A DNA stretch of 64,000 bases from Trueperaceae bacterium (GCA_965214405.1 OZ243956.1:1120001-1184000); one strand, 5' to 3'. Numbered from the stretch's first letter, positions 1 through 10,435 are shown. Notes: generated by a model not told the origin, from the sequence alone. A program made the numbers and translations.

Positions 1-486
1 CTTGTTGAGAAGAAACGCCGCGACCTTGCTCCCGTCTTCGCTCACACTCACCGTGCCGTCAAAAGCGGTAAATGTTTGAGCGTGACCGCCCTCGAGCAGC
101 GTCAGCGTGAAGGGATAAGCACCGCCTCTAAGATCGTAAAAAGCTTGTTGACCCGCTCCCGCTGCGCCCTGAAACTCGAGCCGAAAGGCAAAGGGCGCAT
201 CCTCAGCCGTTATGAAACGAAGTTCCGATGACGTAACTTTCACCTCTGCAAATTCATCCGCACTGCCAAAGCGCAAGGTTGCGGGCACCGCGCCCATGAG
301 AAACAGCTCGAGCACAGGCGCTTGGTAAGAGGCTGTGGGAGTAAGAGGACGCGTATCAAGTTGCCAGAAGGCAAGTCCCGTTAGCGCCACCATCAGAGTC
401 AAGATGACCCACAGGGGTGTTCTTATGAGCTGCCGCACCTTTGCGGATGGTGCCGACCAGACGGGGCGTGTTTGGGTCTTGTTCAC
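1..486 (-). CDS. Hypothetical membrane-anchored protein, runs off left edge (not in ORF track)
   Basis: GGAGG RBS then GTG at 486; frame open to base 1 (MNKTQTRPVW...LWVILTLMVALTGLAFWQL...); N-terminal hydrophobic segment; divergent from LysR. Confidence 0.7.
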   Translation of the reverse strand, partial: MNKTQTRPVWSAPSAKVRQLIRTPLWVILTLMVALTGLAFWQLDTRPLTPTASYQAPVLELFLMGAVPATLRFGSADEFAEVKVTSSELRFITAEDAPFAFRLEFQGAAGAGQQAFYDLRGGAYPFTLTLLEGGHAQTFTAFDGTVSVSEDGSKVAAFLLNK

Positions 487-556
487 AGCCAACCTCCTCT
501 ACCTACACTTGACGTAAGGTTAGGCGTTGTGGACGGCGAAAATCAAAAGCGAGAGG

Positions 557-591
557 CGATGGATGGAGCCGCGTCCATCGAAAAACCAGAT
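557..591. promoter_or_regulatory. Candidate LysR-type operator
   Basis: CGATGGA/TCCATCG inverted repeat (557-580) overlapping ATC-N9-GAT (577-591), the T-N11-A pattern, between divergent genes. Confidence 0.5.
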
Positions 592-624
592 AGACGCTCC
601 CGCATAAAGGCGTTAGACTGAACC

Positions 625-1554
625 ATGAAGCTCCAGCAATTAAGAGCGTTTCTCGCGGTATTGGACTCGAGCTCCTTCTCCGAGGCGGCTCTAGACCTCG
701 GCACCTCGCAGTCCACGGTGAGTTACGCGGTGGCCGAGCTTGAAAAAGAACTCGGCGTCAAACTCCTCACGCGCGGTCGCTTCGGCGCGGAGCCGACCGA
801 GGTTGGTTTGAGAGTCGCCGCACACGCGCGGGGCATCTTTGCGCTCGCCGACGCCGTTCGGCAGGAGGCCGATGTGGCGCGGGGACGCATCCGGGGCACT
901 CTCAGGGTGGCGACCTTTCGCAGCGCCGCAGGAAAAATTCTGCCCAAGGTCATCGCGCGGCTTAAACGCGACCATCCCGGTTTGTCCGTTCGGCTGCTCG
1001 AGTTCGACAACGAACTCTCGCCGGGCGAGTCGAAGCGGCAGCTCGTGCGCGACCACCTCGCCGAGGTGGCGTTTATCGACCTTTTGACCGGCAAAGACGA
1101 CCTGATCGCCTGGGAACTCATGCGCGACCCCTACCGCGCCCTGCTGCACGTCAGCGACTTGCGGGAAAGATTCGCCTGGTCGGAGGTCGGCAACAGCCCG
1201 CTGATTTTTTGCGACCACACGGCCTGCGGCTCCTACGTGAAACAGCACGCCCGGACCTTGGGGATTGGCGCAAGACCCGCTTACGACGTGAGGGAAGACT
1301 CGACCATCGCGCGCATGGTCTCGGAAGGCTTGGGCGTCGGCATCTTGCCCGAGTTCGCCATCGACGCACCCCCCGAGAACGTCAAGACCGTACCGCTGGA
1401 CCCGCCGTTGGAGCGCCCCATCTACGTCGCCATCTCCCCCAACAGCCTCAAAATTCCGGCGGTGCGGGCTTTTCTGAACGTACTCAAGACGCAGTTCCCG
1501 GAGAGTGAATTGCCCAAGCTCGAGCTTCACAGCGCAAACCTGAGCGTTCACTAA
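625..1554 (+). CDS. LysR family transcriptional regulator
   Basis: N-terminal HTH LRAFLAVLDSSSFSEAA...SQSTVSYAVAELEKELGVKLL; C-terminal substrate-binding domain. Confidence 0.95.
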   Translation: MKLQQLRAFLAVLDSSSFSEAALDLGTSQSTVSYAVAELEKELGVKLLTRGRFGAEPTEVGLRVAAHARGIFALADAVRQEADVARGRIRGTLRVATFRSAAGKILPKVIARLKRDHPGLSVRLLEFDNELSPGESKRQLVRDHLAEVAFIDLLTGKDDLIAWELMRDPYRALLHVSDLRERFAWSEVGNSPLIFCDHTACGSYVKQHARTLGIGARPAYDVREDSTIARMVSEGLGVGILPEFAIDAPPENVKTVPLDPPLERPIYVAISPNSLKIPAVRAFLNVLKTQFPESELPKLELHSANLSVH

Positions 1555-1562
1555 GATTAAAT

Positions 1563-1614
1563 AAGGTCAAACTACCAACGTTAAACTACCAAGGTTGAAC
1601 TACTAAGGTTGAAC
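1563..1614. repeat. 14-bp degenerate tandem repeat, ~3.7 copies
   Basis: AAGGTCAAACTACC AACGTTAAACTACC AAGGTTGAACTACT AAGGTTGAAC. Confidence 0.85.
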
Positions 1615-1650
1615 AAGGCCAAGACCTTTAACAAACGCTCCTCCCGCTCC

Positions 1651-3129
1651 CTACCGACTCCAAAAAGGCGTATCCCCCGCGGCGATGGTGCGCGCCTCGC
1701 CCTCTAAAGGCAGCACGAGCAGGTGCGGCCCGTCGGCCTCGAGCGTCGGCAGCACAATCGCGTTGCTTTCCGGTGACCACAGCGAATGGCTGAGCGCGTA
1801 CTGGTCGAAAAAGGGCAAGAACTGGCCCAGAAAGAGGCTCGTCGGCAAAAAGGAGGTTCGCAGCCGCACTTCAAAGCTGGCGACCTCCACGACCGTTAGG
1901 TTTAAGAAAGGAAGTTGGGGCTGCGCTTGAAAAGATGCGAGTTGCGCTAAGGGCGCGTCACTCAGGCCCCCCGCCACGTCGCCGCCCTCTTCTAAAAAGG
2001 GGCTCAAGTAGGCGAGGTAGCGCCCGTCGGGTGACCAGAAAAAGGCCACGCTGAGTTCGTTCGCAAGCGTGCTCAAGTCGCCCGTCCGGGCGTCTAAAAG
2101 GCGGATGGGGCCGTAAAACGCGCGGGCGGGCGCGGGCGGCGAGGAGAGCGCCAGCACGTCCTCGGTCGGGCTCCAGCCGAGCGCCACCAGCCCCTCGTGA
2201 GGAAACTCACGCGCGGTCTCTGATACGGTCTCCGCCGCACCGTCTCCCCCACTATTTCCTCCAGGGCTCCCGCCACTGCCTTGCCCGTTATCTCCCCCAC
2301 TACCCTCCCCACTGCCTTCTTCACTAGCCGACGCGCCCTCGAATCCAGGATTTTCCCTCACCACGACACGCCCGCGGCCAAGAGCGTCCCTTTCGGCGTA
2401 GGCCACAAAGCGCCCGCTGGGCGAGATGCCAGGGGCCTGAAAAAAGCCGGGCTGTGCCAGGTTCGCTTCAGCCTGCTCAGCACCTCCGCCCGTCGCCACG
2501 TTAGGGTCACCTTCCGCGCTAATAAAGGTGAGGCGCGCGCCCTCACCCGTAAAGCCGGTGTGAATGAAGAGGCTCGAGCCGTCCGCGCTCCAGTCCCAGT
2601 AAAAGGGGTTGCCCGTCGCCAGGAGGCGGCTCGAGCCCTCCCGCAACGACGCCAGATGAAGCCCGAGCGTGCCCCCGCCGTCCGCGCCCGAACGGTTGGC
2701 GATAAACGCGACCGTCTTGCCGCCAGGCGACCAGTAGAGATAAATGGGCGGCTCTTCCGCGCTGCGGTAAAGCTCCACGGGTGCGGCGTCCTCAGACGTG
2801 CTGGAGGCGTCGGCAGGGGTGTCGGTAAACGTGTAGACCGCCGCGCTGGGCGCGTCTGCGGCGGTGTCTACGGTGATGGCCGCAATCTTATCACCCTCGG
2901 GCGACCAGGCAGGAAACTGAACAACCCGCCCGGCCTCGCTCAGCACGCGTAAATCGCTTCCGTTCGGCGCTACGGTGGCGAGTTGACCCTCCGGGTCTAC
3001 AAAAGCGATGCGCCCTTCTAAAGCAGGCGTCTGCGCGTCCACGCGTCCGGTTGTCAGGAGACTGGTTGTCAGAATCCCAGCAACGATGTAAAGGAGTAAA
3101 CACCCTCGAGCAGAGCCTAATTGTTTCAT
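1651..3129 (-). CDS. Secreted TolB-like / PD40 beta-propeller protein
   Basis: Signal peptide; repeated PAWSPEG, YWSPGG, DWSADG, ISPSG, WSPDG blades; Gly/Ser-rich insertion. Confidence 0.8.
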   Translation of the reverse strand: MKQLGSARGCLLLYIVAGILTTSLLTTGRVDAQTPALEGRIAFVDPEGQLATVAPNGSDLRVLSEAGRVVQFPAWSPEGDKIAAITVDTAADAPSAAVYTFTDTPADASSTSEDAAPVELYRSAEEPPIYLYWSPGGKTVAFIANRSGADGGGTLGLHLASLREGSSRLLATGNPFYWDWSADGSSLFIHTGFTGEGARLTFISAEGDPNVATGGGAEQAEANLAQPGFFQAPGISPSGRFVAYAERDALGRGRVVVRENPGFEGASASEEGSGEGSGGDNGQGSGGSPGGNSGGDGAAETVSETAREFPHEGLVALGWSPTEDVLALSSPPAPARAFYGPIRLLDARTGDLSTLANELSVAFFWSPDGRYLAYLSPFLEEGGDVAGGLSDAPLAQLASFQAQPQLPFLNLTVVEVASFEVRLRTSFLPTSLFLGQFLPFFDQYALSHSLWSPESNAIVLPTLEADGPHLLVLPLEGEARTIAAGDTPFWSR

Positions 3130-3209
3130 AAAGGAAGTGTAGCAGTTTTGGGGATGTTCCGCCAGCAGTACGGCTCGAGCTCTCCACCCCTGCTACGTCC
3201 ATAATGCTC

Positions 3210-4280
3210 TTAGGCTGCGACGGTTTCACCTAATGACGGCTCCGCATACCGCTCTATGGCTTCGGGTACGTGCGTGTCCCTGGGGTCATGGCCCGTTATG
3301 CTGGCGATGAGCGCCGCGAGTTCGGGCAGGCTGGTCAGCGCGACGAGGCGCGCGCGTAGTTCATTGTTTTGGAAGGGCTCGAAGTAACGCAGGAGCGCCC
3401 CGCGTAGCGGCGCAAGCCCCCTTTCTTCGCCGTACCAGGTCAGGTGAAGCGCAGCGTGGCGGTAGGCGAGCGCCGCCACCTTTTCCAAACATGGCTCTAA
3501 ACTTGGCCCCACATTCGGTCCCGAATCTGACCCTGTATTTTCTGACTCTAAATCTAATGCCGCCTCGCCGCGAAACTCGCCAAAAATCCAGGGTCGGCCC
3601 ACCGCCGCCCGCGCGACCATGACGCCTAGACCCAGGGCGCGGTAGCGTTCAAACGCCTCCCGCGTCGCCACGTCACCTGAGCCGATGACGGGAATTTTTA
3701 CACCCTGCGCGACCTCGGCAATCCCCTCCCAATCGGCCTCGCCGCCGTACTTCTGGAGCGCGGTGCGCCCGTGAACCGCGAGGGCGGACGCGCCCGCGGC
3801 CTCGAGCGCCCTCGCCACCTCGGGCGCATTGACGCGGTCATACCCCAAGCGCATCTTGACGCTTACGGGCACCGGCACCGCCCGCTTAAGCGCGCTCACA
3901 ATCGCCGCGGCCCGCTCCGGACGCCGCATAAGCTCCGCGCCGCAGCCCTTATCGAGGATTTTTTTGACCGGGCAGCCCATGTTGAGGTCCAAGGCGGCGG
4001 GTTTATAAGTCTCCACCAAAAGCGCCCCAGCTTCCGCGGTCACCTCGGGCTCGCTCCCGAAAATCTGGATGACCAGGTCGGGCTCGCCCGCGTAGGGCGC
4101 GCTGATGTCCAAGCCCCGCCCGCCGCCCTGCATGAGCCCTTTCGCGCTCACCATTTCGGTCACGGCCCAGGCGCTCCCGAACTCGCGGCAGAGCTTACGA
4201 AAAGGCGCGTCGGTAAAGCCCGCCATCGGCGCGAGCACGGCCCCGCCCTCGAGGCGTTTGGCGGTAAAGAAATTTGTCAC
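3210..4280 (-). CDS. dusB: tRNA-dihydrouridine synthase (DusB family)
   Basis: LAPMAGFTD, TEMVS, DLNMGCP, VHGRT, GSGDV motifs. Confidence 0.92.
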   Translation of the reverse strand: MTNFFTAKRLEGGAVLAPMAGFTDAPFRKLCREFGSAWAVTEMVSAKGLMQGGGRGLDISAPYAGEPDLVIQIFGSEPEVTAEAGALLVETYKPAALDLNMGCPVKKILDKGCGAELMRRPERAAAIVSALKRAVPVPVSVKMRLGYDRVNAPEVARALEAAGASALAVHGRTALQKYGGEADWEGIAEVAQGVKIPVIGSGDVATREAFERYRALGLGVMVARAAVGRPWIFGEFRGEAALDLESENTGSDSGPNVGPSLEPCLEKVAALAYRHAALHLTWYGEERGLAPLRGALLRYFEPFQNNELRARLVALTSLPELAALIASITGHDPRDTHVPEAIERYAEPSLGETVAA

Positions 4281-4525
4281 GCACTATTCTACTGTAGTCG
4301 TTGGCGTTACGTGAAGGTTGAGTTAGCCAAGGAAAGGACCGAAGAAGGACCGAGGACCGGGTGAAAAGTAGGCTCGAGAACTTATTCTCTTTGCCTCAAC
4401 AACGGGGCGTGGGCTCGAGCGTCGTAAGCCAAACGTCGTAGGGACAGACGTTTACGGGGTAGCATACGCGTTGCTTGCAAAATCCAGTCAAAGCGTGCGA
4501 CTTGGCTGATTAGCCGGGAGGCACT

Positions 4526-5818
4526 ATGACATTTGAGAAATTCAATCTTCATCCCCGCGTTCTTATGGGTGTAAAAAATGCGGGCTACACCACGCCCACG
4601 CCAATCCAGGAGCAGGCGATTCCGGCGGCACTCGAGGGGCGCGACGTGTTGGGTTTGGCGCAGACCGGCACCGGCAAAACCGCCGCGTTCGCGCTGCCGC
4701 TTCTCAACCGACTTCACGAAGGTCCGAGGGGACGCATTCGTGCGCTCGTGGTCGCGCCCACTCGGGAGCTTGCCGAGCAAATCCACGGGGAGATTTCTGT
4801 CCTCGGCAAGGGCACCCATCTGCGTAGCGCCACCGTGTATGGCGGCGTGGGCATGACCCCGCAGATACGTGCGCTCAAAGGCAACGCCGAAATCATCGTG
4901 GCGTGCCCTGGACGGCTTTTGGACCACTTAGAGCGCAAAAACGGCACCCTCTCGAGCGTCGAAGTGCTTGTACTCGACGAGGCCGACCACATGTTCGACA
5001 TGGGCTTCCTACCCGCCATCAGGTCCATCGTCAAACGCGTGCCGCCCGAGGCGCAGCGACTTCTTTTCTCCGCCACCATGCCGGACGCGCTGCGCGGTCT
5101 TGCCGAGGCCATTCTGAAAAATCCGGTCACGGTGGAGGTCGGTCACGCCGCGCCCGCCGAGACCGTCTCGCACGCGCTGTACCCGGTCGAGCGCCACCAG
5201 AAAACGCCGCTGCTCAAGCACCTTTTGCGCGAACGAGACACCCGGAGCGCCCTTGTCTTTACCCGCACCAAGCACACGGCCAAACGCCTCGCGGAACAGC
5301 TCGATAAAGACAACTTCTTTGCGACCTCGCTCCAGGGCAATCTGTCGCAAAACCGGCGGCAAAAGGCGTTAGACGGCTTTCGTCGGGGCGACTTTCACGT
5401 TTTGGTCGCAACCGACATCGCGGCGCGCGGCATCGACGTGTCGCGCGTGTCTCACGTGATTAATTACGACGTGCCGACCACGCCGGAGGCCTACACCCAC
5501 CGCATCGGGCGCACCGGGCGCGCGGAACGGAGCGGCGAGGCGTTTACCTTAGTGACGCCGGAGGACGAAAGCGCGGTTCGCGCCATCGAGCGCTCGCTTG
5601 GCGAAAGGCTCGAGCGCGTCAACCTCGACACCTTTACGTATGAGGGCGGTCAAGAGAACGGCCGTGAGAGTGACACCATCTCCAGTGGTCGTCCAGCGCG
5701 TGGGGGACGCGCGCAGACAAGGGGATCGAAGGGACCACGCGGCGGGAACGCGCGCAGAACGCAGCGCAGCCGCTCCGACAAAACGCGGCCCGCCCACAAA
5801 CAAAATAAAAAGGGGTAG
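4526..5818 (+). CDS. DEAD-box RNA helicase (RhlE-like)
   Basis: Q motif PTPIQ, AQTGTGKT, PTRELA, DEAD, SAT, ARGID, HRIGRTGR; basic C-terminal tail; GGGAGG RBS. Confidence 0.96.
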   Translation: MTFEKFNLHPRVLMGVKNAGYTTPTPIQEQAIPAALEGRDVLGLAQTGTGKTAAFALPLLNRLHEGPRGRIRALVVAPTRELAEQIHGEISVLGKGTHLRSATVYGGVGMTPQIRALKGNAEIIVACPGRLLDHLERKNGTLSSVEVLVLDEADHMFDMGFLPAIRSIVKRVPPEAQRLLFSATMPDALRGLAEAILKNPVTVEVGHAAPAETVSHALYPVERHQKTPLLKHLLRERDTRSALVFTRTKHTAKRLAEQLDKDNFFATSLQGNLSQNRRQKALDGFRRGDFHVLVATDIAARGIDVSRVSHVINYDVPTTPEAYTHRIGRTGRAERSGEAFTLVTPEDESAVRAIERSLGERLERVNLDTFTYEGGQENGRESDTISSGRPARGGRAQTRGSKGPRGGNARRTQRSRSDKTRPAHKQNKKG

Positions 5819-5914
5819 ACGGCGCAGGCGCAACGTACCGACATTGCAGAGATTGCCGACACCCGCCCAATCAAGCCGGACGGCCCCTGTTATAGTCGCG
5901 CGTGAGGTGCGCTC

Positions 5915-6574
5915 ATGTCTAAAAAGAACGCCGGGTGGTTTGACGTCACCTACCCCATCAACGAAAAAATGGTGCGCTGGCCGGGGCAGCCGCCCACCAC
6001 CCTCGAGCGGGTAAGCAGCATCGCCGAAGGCGACGCCGCGAACGTGAGCGTGTTGCGGATGAGCCTGCACACGGGCACGCACATGGACGCGCCGCTGCAC
6101 TTTCTGGCGGACGGCGCGGACATCACCACCGTTCCCTTCGGGGTGATGGTTGGCAGCGTGCGTGTGGCGCGTATTGAGGCCGAGAGTCTGTCTAAAGCCC
6201 AGATAGAAACGTACGAGGCGCGTGCGGGCGCGTTCGTGAAGGGTGAAAAAGTCTTTTTCAGAACGGAGAACTCGAGCCGCCCCTGGTTGGAAGAGCCTTT
6301 TAGAAAGGACTACGTCGCTGTGGAGGCTGAAGCCGCGCGGTATTTGGCTGATAAGGGAATCCTGGTTGTGGGGGTCGATTATCTGTCGGTCGCCCCCTTT
6401 GGCAATCCCGCCGAAACCCACCGCATCCTCCTTGGCGCGGGCGTCTGGATTATTGAGGGGCTGGACCTGCGAGAGGTTGACGAAGGCCGTTTTGAGATGC
6501 TGGCGCTTCCCCTCAAAATAAAAGGGAGCGACGCCGCGCCGCTACGGGTGTTGCTGCGCCAAGCAGAAACTTAA
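5915..6574 (+). CDS. Cyclase family metal hydrolase (kynurenine formamidase-like)
   Basis: HTGTHMDAP, GVDYLS, IIEGL, PLKIKGSDAAPLR. Confidence 0.9.
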   Translation: MSKKNAGWFDVTYPINEKMVRWPGQPPTTLERVSSIAEGDAANVSVLRMSLHTGTHMDAPLHFLADGADITTVPFGVMVGSVRVARIEAESLSKAQIETYEARAGAFVKGEKVFFRTENSSRPWLEEPFRKDYVAVEAEAARYLADKGILVVGVDYLSVAPFGNPAETHRILLGAGVWIIEGLDLREVDEGRFEMLALPLKIKGSDAAPLRVLLRQAET

Positions 6575-6671
6575 AAATCCTCGGGACGTCCCTTCGCATC
6601 CAGCCAACAGGAGGTGGCGTCGTAGAGACCGCGCACCTCCGAAAATTCCGTCACGCGCGTTTTAATCTGCT

Positions 6672-6995
6672 TTAGGCGTCGTTCTCGTCCTCCTCGCGGA
6701 TGACTTCTAACTTTACCCTCGTGACGAGCGCCGCGAGAGCGCCCACGGCGGCCAGGAGGGGCGCGGCCCAGGCCACCAAACCTCCGGCCACCACGCCGAT
6801 GGTGAGGGGCACGGTCATAAGCTCGTTGCCGTCTTGCGTTTTGATGATGACGCGGCGAGTCGAGCTGTCTTGGACGAGTTCTTTGATGCGGTCGACGAGC
6901 GCGCTACCCGTCACCTCGAGCTCCTCTATCCGGGTGCGCTTTTTGCCCTGCGGGTCTTGATTGCCTTCTTGGGACGTGTTCTCTTGGTCGCTCAC
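6672..6995 (-). CDS. DUF4342-type small membrane-associated protein
   Basis: LVDRIKELV...RRVIIK...VPLTIGVVAG...APLLAAVGALAAL pattern; GGAGG RBS. Confidence 0.8.
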   Translation of the reverse strand: MSDQENTSQEGNQDPQGKKRTRIEELEVTGSALVDRIKELVQDSSTRRVIIKTQDGNELMTVPLTIGVVAGGLVAWAAPLLAAVGALAALVTRVKLEVIREEDENDA

Positions 6996-7242
6996 GGCTA
7001 CCTCCTTGTGCAGATTTGGGTACGCAATCTTCTGGTGTAAAAACTTAGGGGATAATGAACGGACTTTACCTCACGCAGTTGTGATTGTTTGGGCTCGAGC
7101 CTCGGGGAATACCAGCTCTACCCCATACTCTTTAACCCACTCCCTCCTCTCGTGACAAGCATAATGGTCCGCCTAGCAGACTACCTCATCATAAAGGGGG
7201 AGGCGCGCAAGGACGCCGGATAACGGGACCCGCGGGAGCCGC

Positions 7243-7274
7243 AAAAAATGAGGGCCGGAAATCCCGGCCCTCAT
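7243..7274 (-). terminator. Intrinsic terminator
   Basis: ATGAGGGCCGG / CCGGCCCTCAT stem followed by a T run on the minus strand, just after the 7296 stop. Confidence 0.85.
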
Positions 7275-7295
7275 CCTATGGGGTGCGCTCAGAGT

Positions 7296-7814
7296 TTAGT
7301 CGTTATCGCCCGCGCCACCGGTCACGCCGCCGGTCATCTCGGGCGTTCCGAGCGTGGCGTCGCCCTCGGGCGTGACGTCACCCGTGAGCTGCTGGCCCAC
7401 CTGCGTGAGCAGCGACGCGAGAACCATAAGCTGGTCCGCCGTGTCGGAGTCGGCACCCTGAGCCGCCGCGCGCGTCTCCTCACCGAGCTGGCTGAGGAGC
7501 CCCGCCGCCGCAGTTGTGTCAACCGAATCCGCCTGCAACGCCTCACTGAGCTGCGCTAAGTTGTCAGCAATCATGGTGAGGTCTTCGCTACCCGCGGCGC
7601 GGAGCGTCTCTTCCCAACCGCGAATGTTCGAGAGCGCCGTGCTAAGCGGCACTTCGGCGATGCCCTCGTCGAAAAGCTCAATCGTCCCTTCAACGGTGGG
7701 CGCACCCCCGGTCATCCCGCCGGTCATCTCCATACCACCCGTCACGCCGCCCGTCTGCGCGAGCGCCCCGCTCACCACGCCCAGAAGTAAAACCGTAAAA
7801 ACCTTTTTAATCAT
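7296..7814 (-). CDS. Secreted acidic helical protein with TGG-rich ends
   Basis: GGGAG RBS, ATG at 7814, signal peptide MIKKVFTVLLLGVVSGALA; (M/V)TGG repeats at both ends. Confidence 0.8.
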   Translation of the reverse strand: MIKKVFTVLLLGVVSGALAQTGGVTGGMEMTGGMTGGAPTVEGTIELFDEGIAEVPLSTALSNIRGWEETLRAAGSEDLTMIADNLAQLSEALQADSVDTTAAAGLLSQLGEETRAAAQGADSDTADQLMVLASLLTQVGQQLTGDVTPEGDATLGTPEMTGGVTGGAGDND

Positions 7815-8128
7815 CTCGCTTACTCCCTTAGTCAATGCTTCAGTCAAACGTAAAAACCGAGAAACCGCCGAATCCGCGCCTTACCCCCCTTCTTAGAAAC
7901 CTTCGTCGACTGTAAAACCTCGCCGAAAAGGTTGCTGTAAGGTGTAACGGATTTGCCAAGGCTCGAGCCCCAGCCTCTATACCGATTAAGACTCAGCCCA
8001 CGCACCGCTTTCACACACGTCTTTCACATGGGTAAGAAAGGCGTGAAAAAAGAGCTTTTGACGCTACTTTCCTTTCAGCACTCTCCACTCGACACTCGGT
8101 ATTTTATTTACTCATCACTAACCACTCA

Positions 8129-10435
8129 TTACTTCCCCACCTCAGCCTTCTCCGCTATAAAATCAGTCGCGGCGGAAGCGGAAAGAGGCTTGGCGAACAA
8201 GTAGCCCTGGCCGTACTCGCAGCCCAGCGCCTTGAGGTGCGCTAACTGCTCCGCCGTCTCAATGCCTTCGGCGGTCACCTTGAGATTCAAGTTTTTCGCC
8301 ATCACGGTGATGGTGCGGACCAGCTCGGCGCTCTCGGGACGCTCCGCCATCGCCTGGACGAACGAGCGGTCGATCTTGAGCATGTCGACGGGAAAGCGTT
8401 GCAGGTAGCTTAGCGACGAGTAGCCGGTGCCGAAGTCGTCGATGTGGAGCGCGATACCCAGCGCCTTGAGTTTTTCAAAGTTGGCGTTGGTCGACCCCAT
8501 CAGCACGCTCTCGGTCAGCTCGAGCTTGAGGCTGCGGGGGTCGAAGCCGGTGTCTTGGAGGATGTCGCTCACCCTCTCAACCAGGTCGGCGCGCGCGAAG
8601 CCCTGACCCGACACGTTGACGCTTAAAGAGAGGGGCGGCAGGGCCGGGAACGCGTCCTGCCACCTTTTCACCTGGCCGCAGGCCTCACGCAAGACCCAGC
8701 GGTCGAGCTCAACGATCAGGCCCGCTTCTTCGGCGATGGGGATAAATTCGGCGGGCGAGACGAAGCCGTGCGTGGGATGCGTCCAGCGCGTGAGCGCCTC
8801 GAAACCGACCGGCAGCCCCGTCTCGACTGAGACGATGGGCTGGTAATGGACCTCCAGTTCGCCCTTACGGAGCGCGACGCGCAGGTCGTTCTCGAGCGTG
8901 AGGAGCGACGCGGCCCGCGCGCGCATCTCGCGCGTGAATATTTGGTAGCCCGCCCGGCCCAGCGCCTTGGCGCGGTACATGGCGATGTCGGCGTCGCGCA
9001 AGACGTCCTCGGGGCGGCTGTGGCCGATCTCACACGAGACGATGCCGATGCTCGCGCTGCTGTGAAGCGTGTGGCCTGCCAGAACGAAAGGGGCGCTGAG
9101 CGCCTTTTGAACGCGTTCGGCGGTGCGGACGGCCCCCTCGAGAGAATCCAAATCCTCTAACAGAACGGTAAATTCGTCGCCGCCGAGCCGGGCCACCGTA
9201 TCGCCGGGGCGGACGCAGCCCCTGAGCCTTTTGGAAAGCTCCACCAGGAGCGCGTCACCGACGGTGTGGCCGAGCGAATCGTTGACGAGTTTGAAACGGT
9301 CGAAGTCCAAAAAGAGCACCGCGAAACCGCCCTTGCCCCCGCGCTTGTTGCGCTCTATGGCGACGCCCAGGCGGTCCATAAAGAGCGCGCGGTTCGCCAA
9401 ACCGGTGAGTTCGTCGTGAAAGGCGTCGTGGAGGAGTTTTTCGTTGGCGCGCTCGAGTTCGGCCTTGGCTTTTTCCAAGGCCGCGGTGCGTTCAAGGACC
9501 TGCCGCTCGAGTTCGCGCTGCGCCTCTTTGCGCTCGCGCTCGAGGTGTTTACGGTCGCTCACGTCTCTAAGATAGACCGACACGCCTTCTTGGGCGGGAT
9601 AGAGGTGCGTTTCAAACCAGCTGTCGGTCGGTGGGTAATATTCTTCAAAGGTGACCGGGCGAGCTTCGGAGGCGGCCTCTAAACATTTTTGGTGAAAACG
9701 GTAGCCCACCATCTCCGGAAACGCATCCCAAACGTTTACTCCCAAAAGCTCCCCCCGCGGACGGCCGAAAAAGTTTTCCGCCTGCACGTTGATGTAGGTA
9801 AAGCGCCAGGCGGCGTCGAGCGAGAAAAAAATGTCGCTCACGCTCTCCAAAATATTGACGATGCGGCGCGAGGAGCGCGCGAGTTCGTCCCCAACCCTTT
9901 TGCGCTCGGTCACGTCGCGGCCGTAGCCGAGGACGGCCTCGAGCTCGCCCGCGGGCGAAAAGAGCGGCATCATGTTGCGCCAGTGGTGCCGCGTGTTGCC
10001 GCGGGCGTCCACGAACGTTTCTTCCCAACTCACCGGCCCCCGCTTCTCCACCGCCTCTTCAAAGCGCGCCCAGCGCTTTTGCGCGACTTCCACTTTGAAG
10101 CCGCGGTACTCGCAGTATTCAAAGTCGTTTTTGCCAATGATCCAAGCCCGAATCGCGCCGTTTTTGATGGCCTCGGGGTTGCAGTAGAGGTAGCGGTGGT
10201 CCGCGCCCAGAACGGCGATTTCGATGGGGACGTTGTTGAGGACGGACGCGTACAAGGCGGTGCGCTCCTGCGCCTCCCGGACATGCACGCGATTTGCGAG
10301 GTCGGAGACGATGTCGGCGAGAGAAATCCCCAGGGCGTCCGCGCCGGGAGACTGGGGCGTGAGGGGCTGGGGCGTGAGGGGCTGGGACGCAAGGGGCTGG
10401 GGCGCGGGGGTGGGGATCGGGAACGCGTCGTCCAT
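8129..10435 (-). CDS. PAS-PAS-GGDEF-EAL diguanylate cyclase/phosphodiesterase
   Basis: Two PAS/PAC domains, ARLGGDEF, FEAL, IDDFGTGYSS, LKIDRSF, EGIE. Confidence 0.96.
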   Translation of the reverse strand: MDDAFPIPTPAPQPLASQPLTPQPLTPQSPGADALGISLADIVSDLANRVHVREAQERTALYASVLNNVPIEIAVLGADHRYLYCNPEAIKNGAIRAWIIGKNDFEYCEYRGFKVEVAQKRWARFEEAVEKRGPVSWEETFVDARGNTRHHWRNMMPLFSPAGELEAVLGYGRDVTERKRVGDELARSSRRIVNILESVSDIFFSLDAAWRFTYINVQAENFFGRPRGELLGVNVWDAFPEMVGYRFHQKCLEAASEARPVTFEEYYPPTDSWFETHLYPAQEGVSVYLRDVSDRKHLERERKEAQRELERQVLERTAALEKAKAELERANEKLLHDAFHDELTGLANRALFMDRLGVAIERNKRGGKGGFAVLFLDFDRFKLVNDSLGHTVGDALLVELSKRLRGCVRPGDTVARLGGDEFTVLLEDLDSLEGAVRTAERVQKALSAPFVLAGHTLHSSASIGIVSCEIGHSRPEDVLRDADIAMYRAKALGRAGYQIFTREMRARAASLLTLENDLRVALRKGELEVHYQPIVSVETGLPVGFEALTRWTHPTHGFVSPAEFIPIAEEAGLIVELDRWVLREACGQVKRWQDAFPALPPLSLSVNVSGQGFARADLVERVSDILQDTGFDPRSLKLELTESVLMGSTNANFEKLKALGIALHIDDFGTGYSSLSYLQRFPVDMLKIDRSFVQAMAERPESAELVRTITVMAKNLNLKVTAEGIETAEQLAHLKALGCEYGQGYLFAKPLSASAATDFIAEKAEVGK

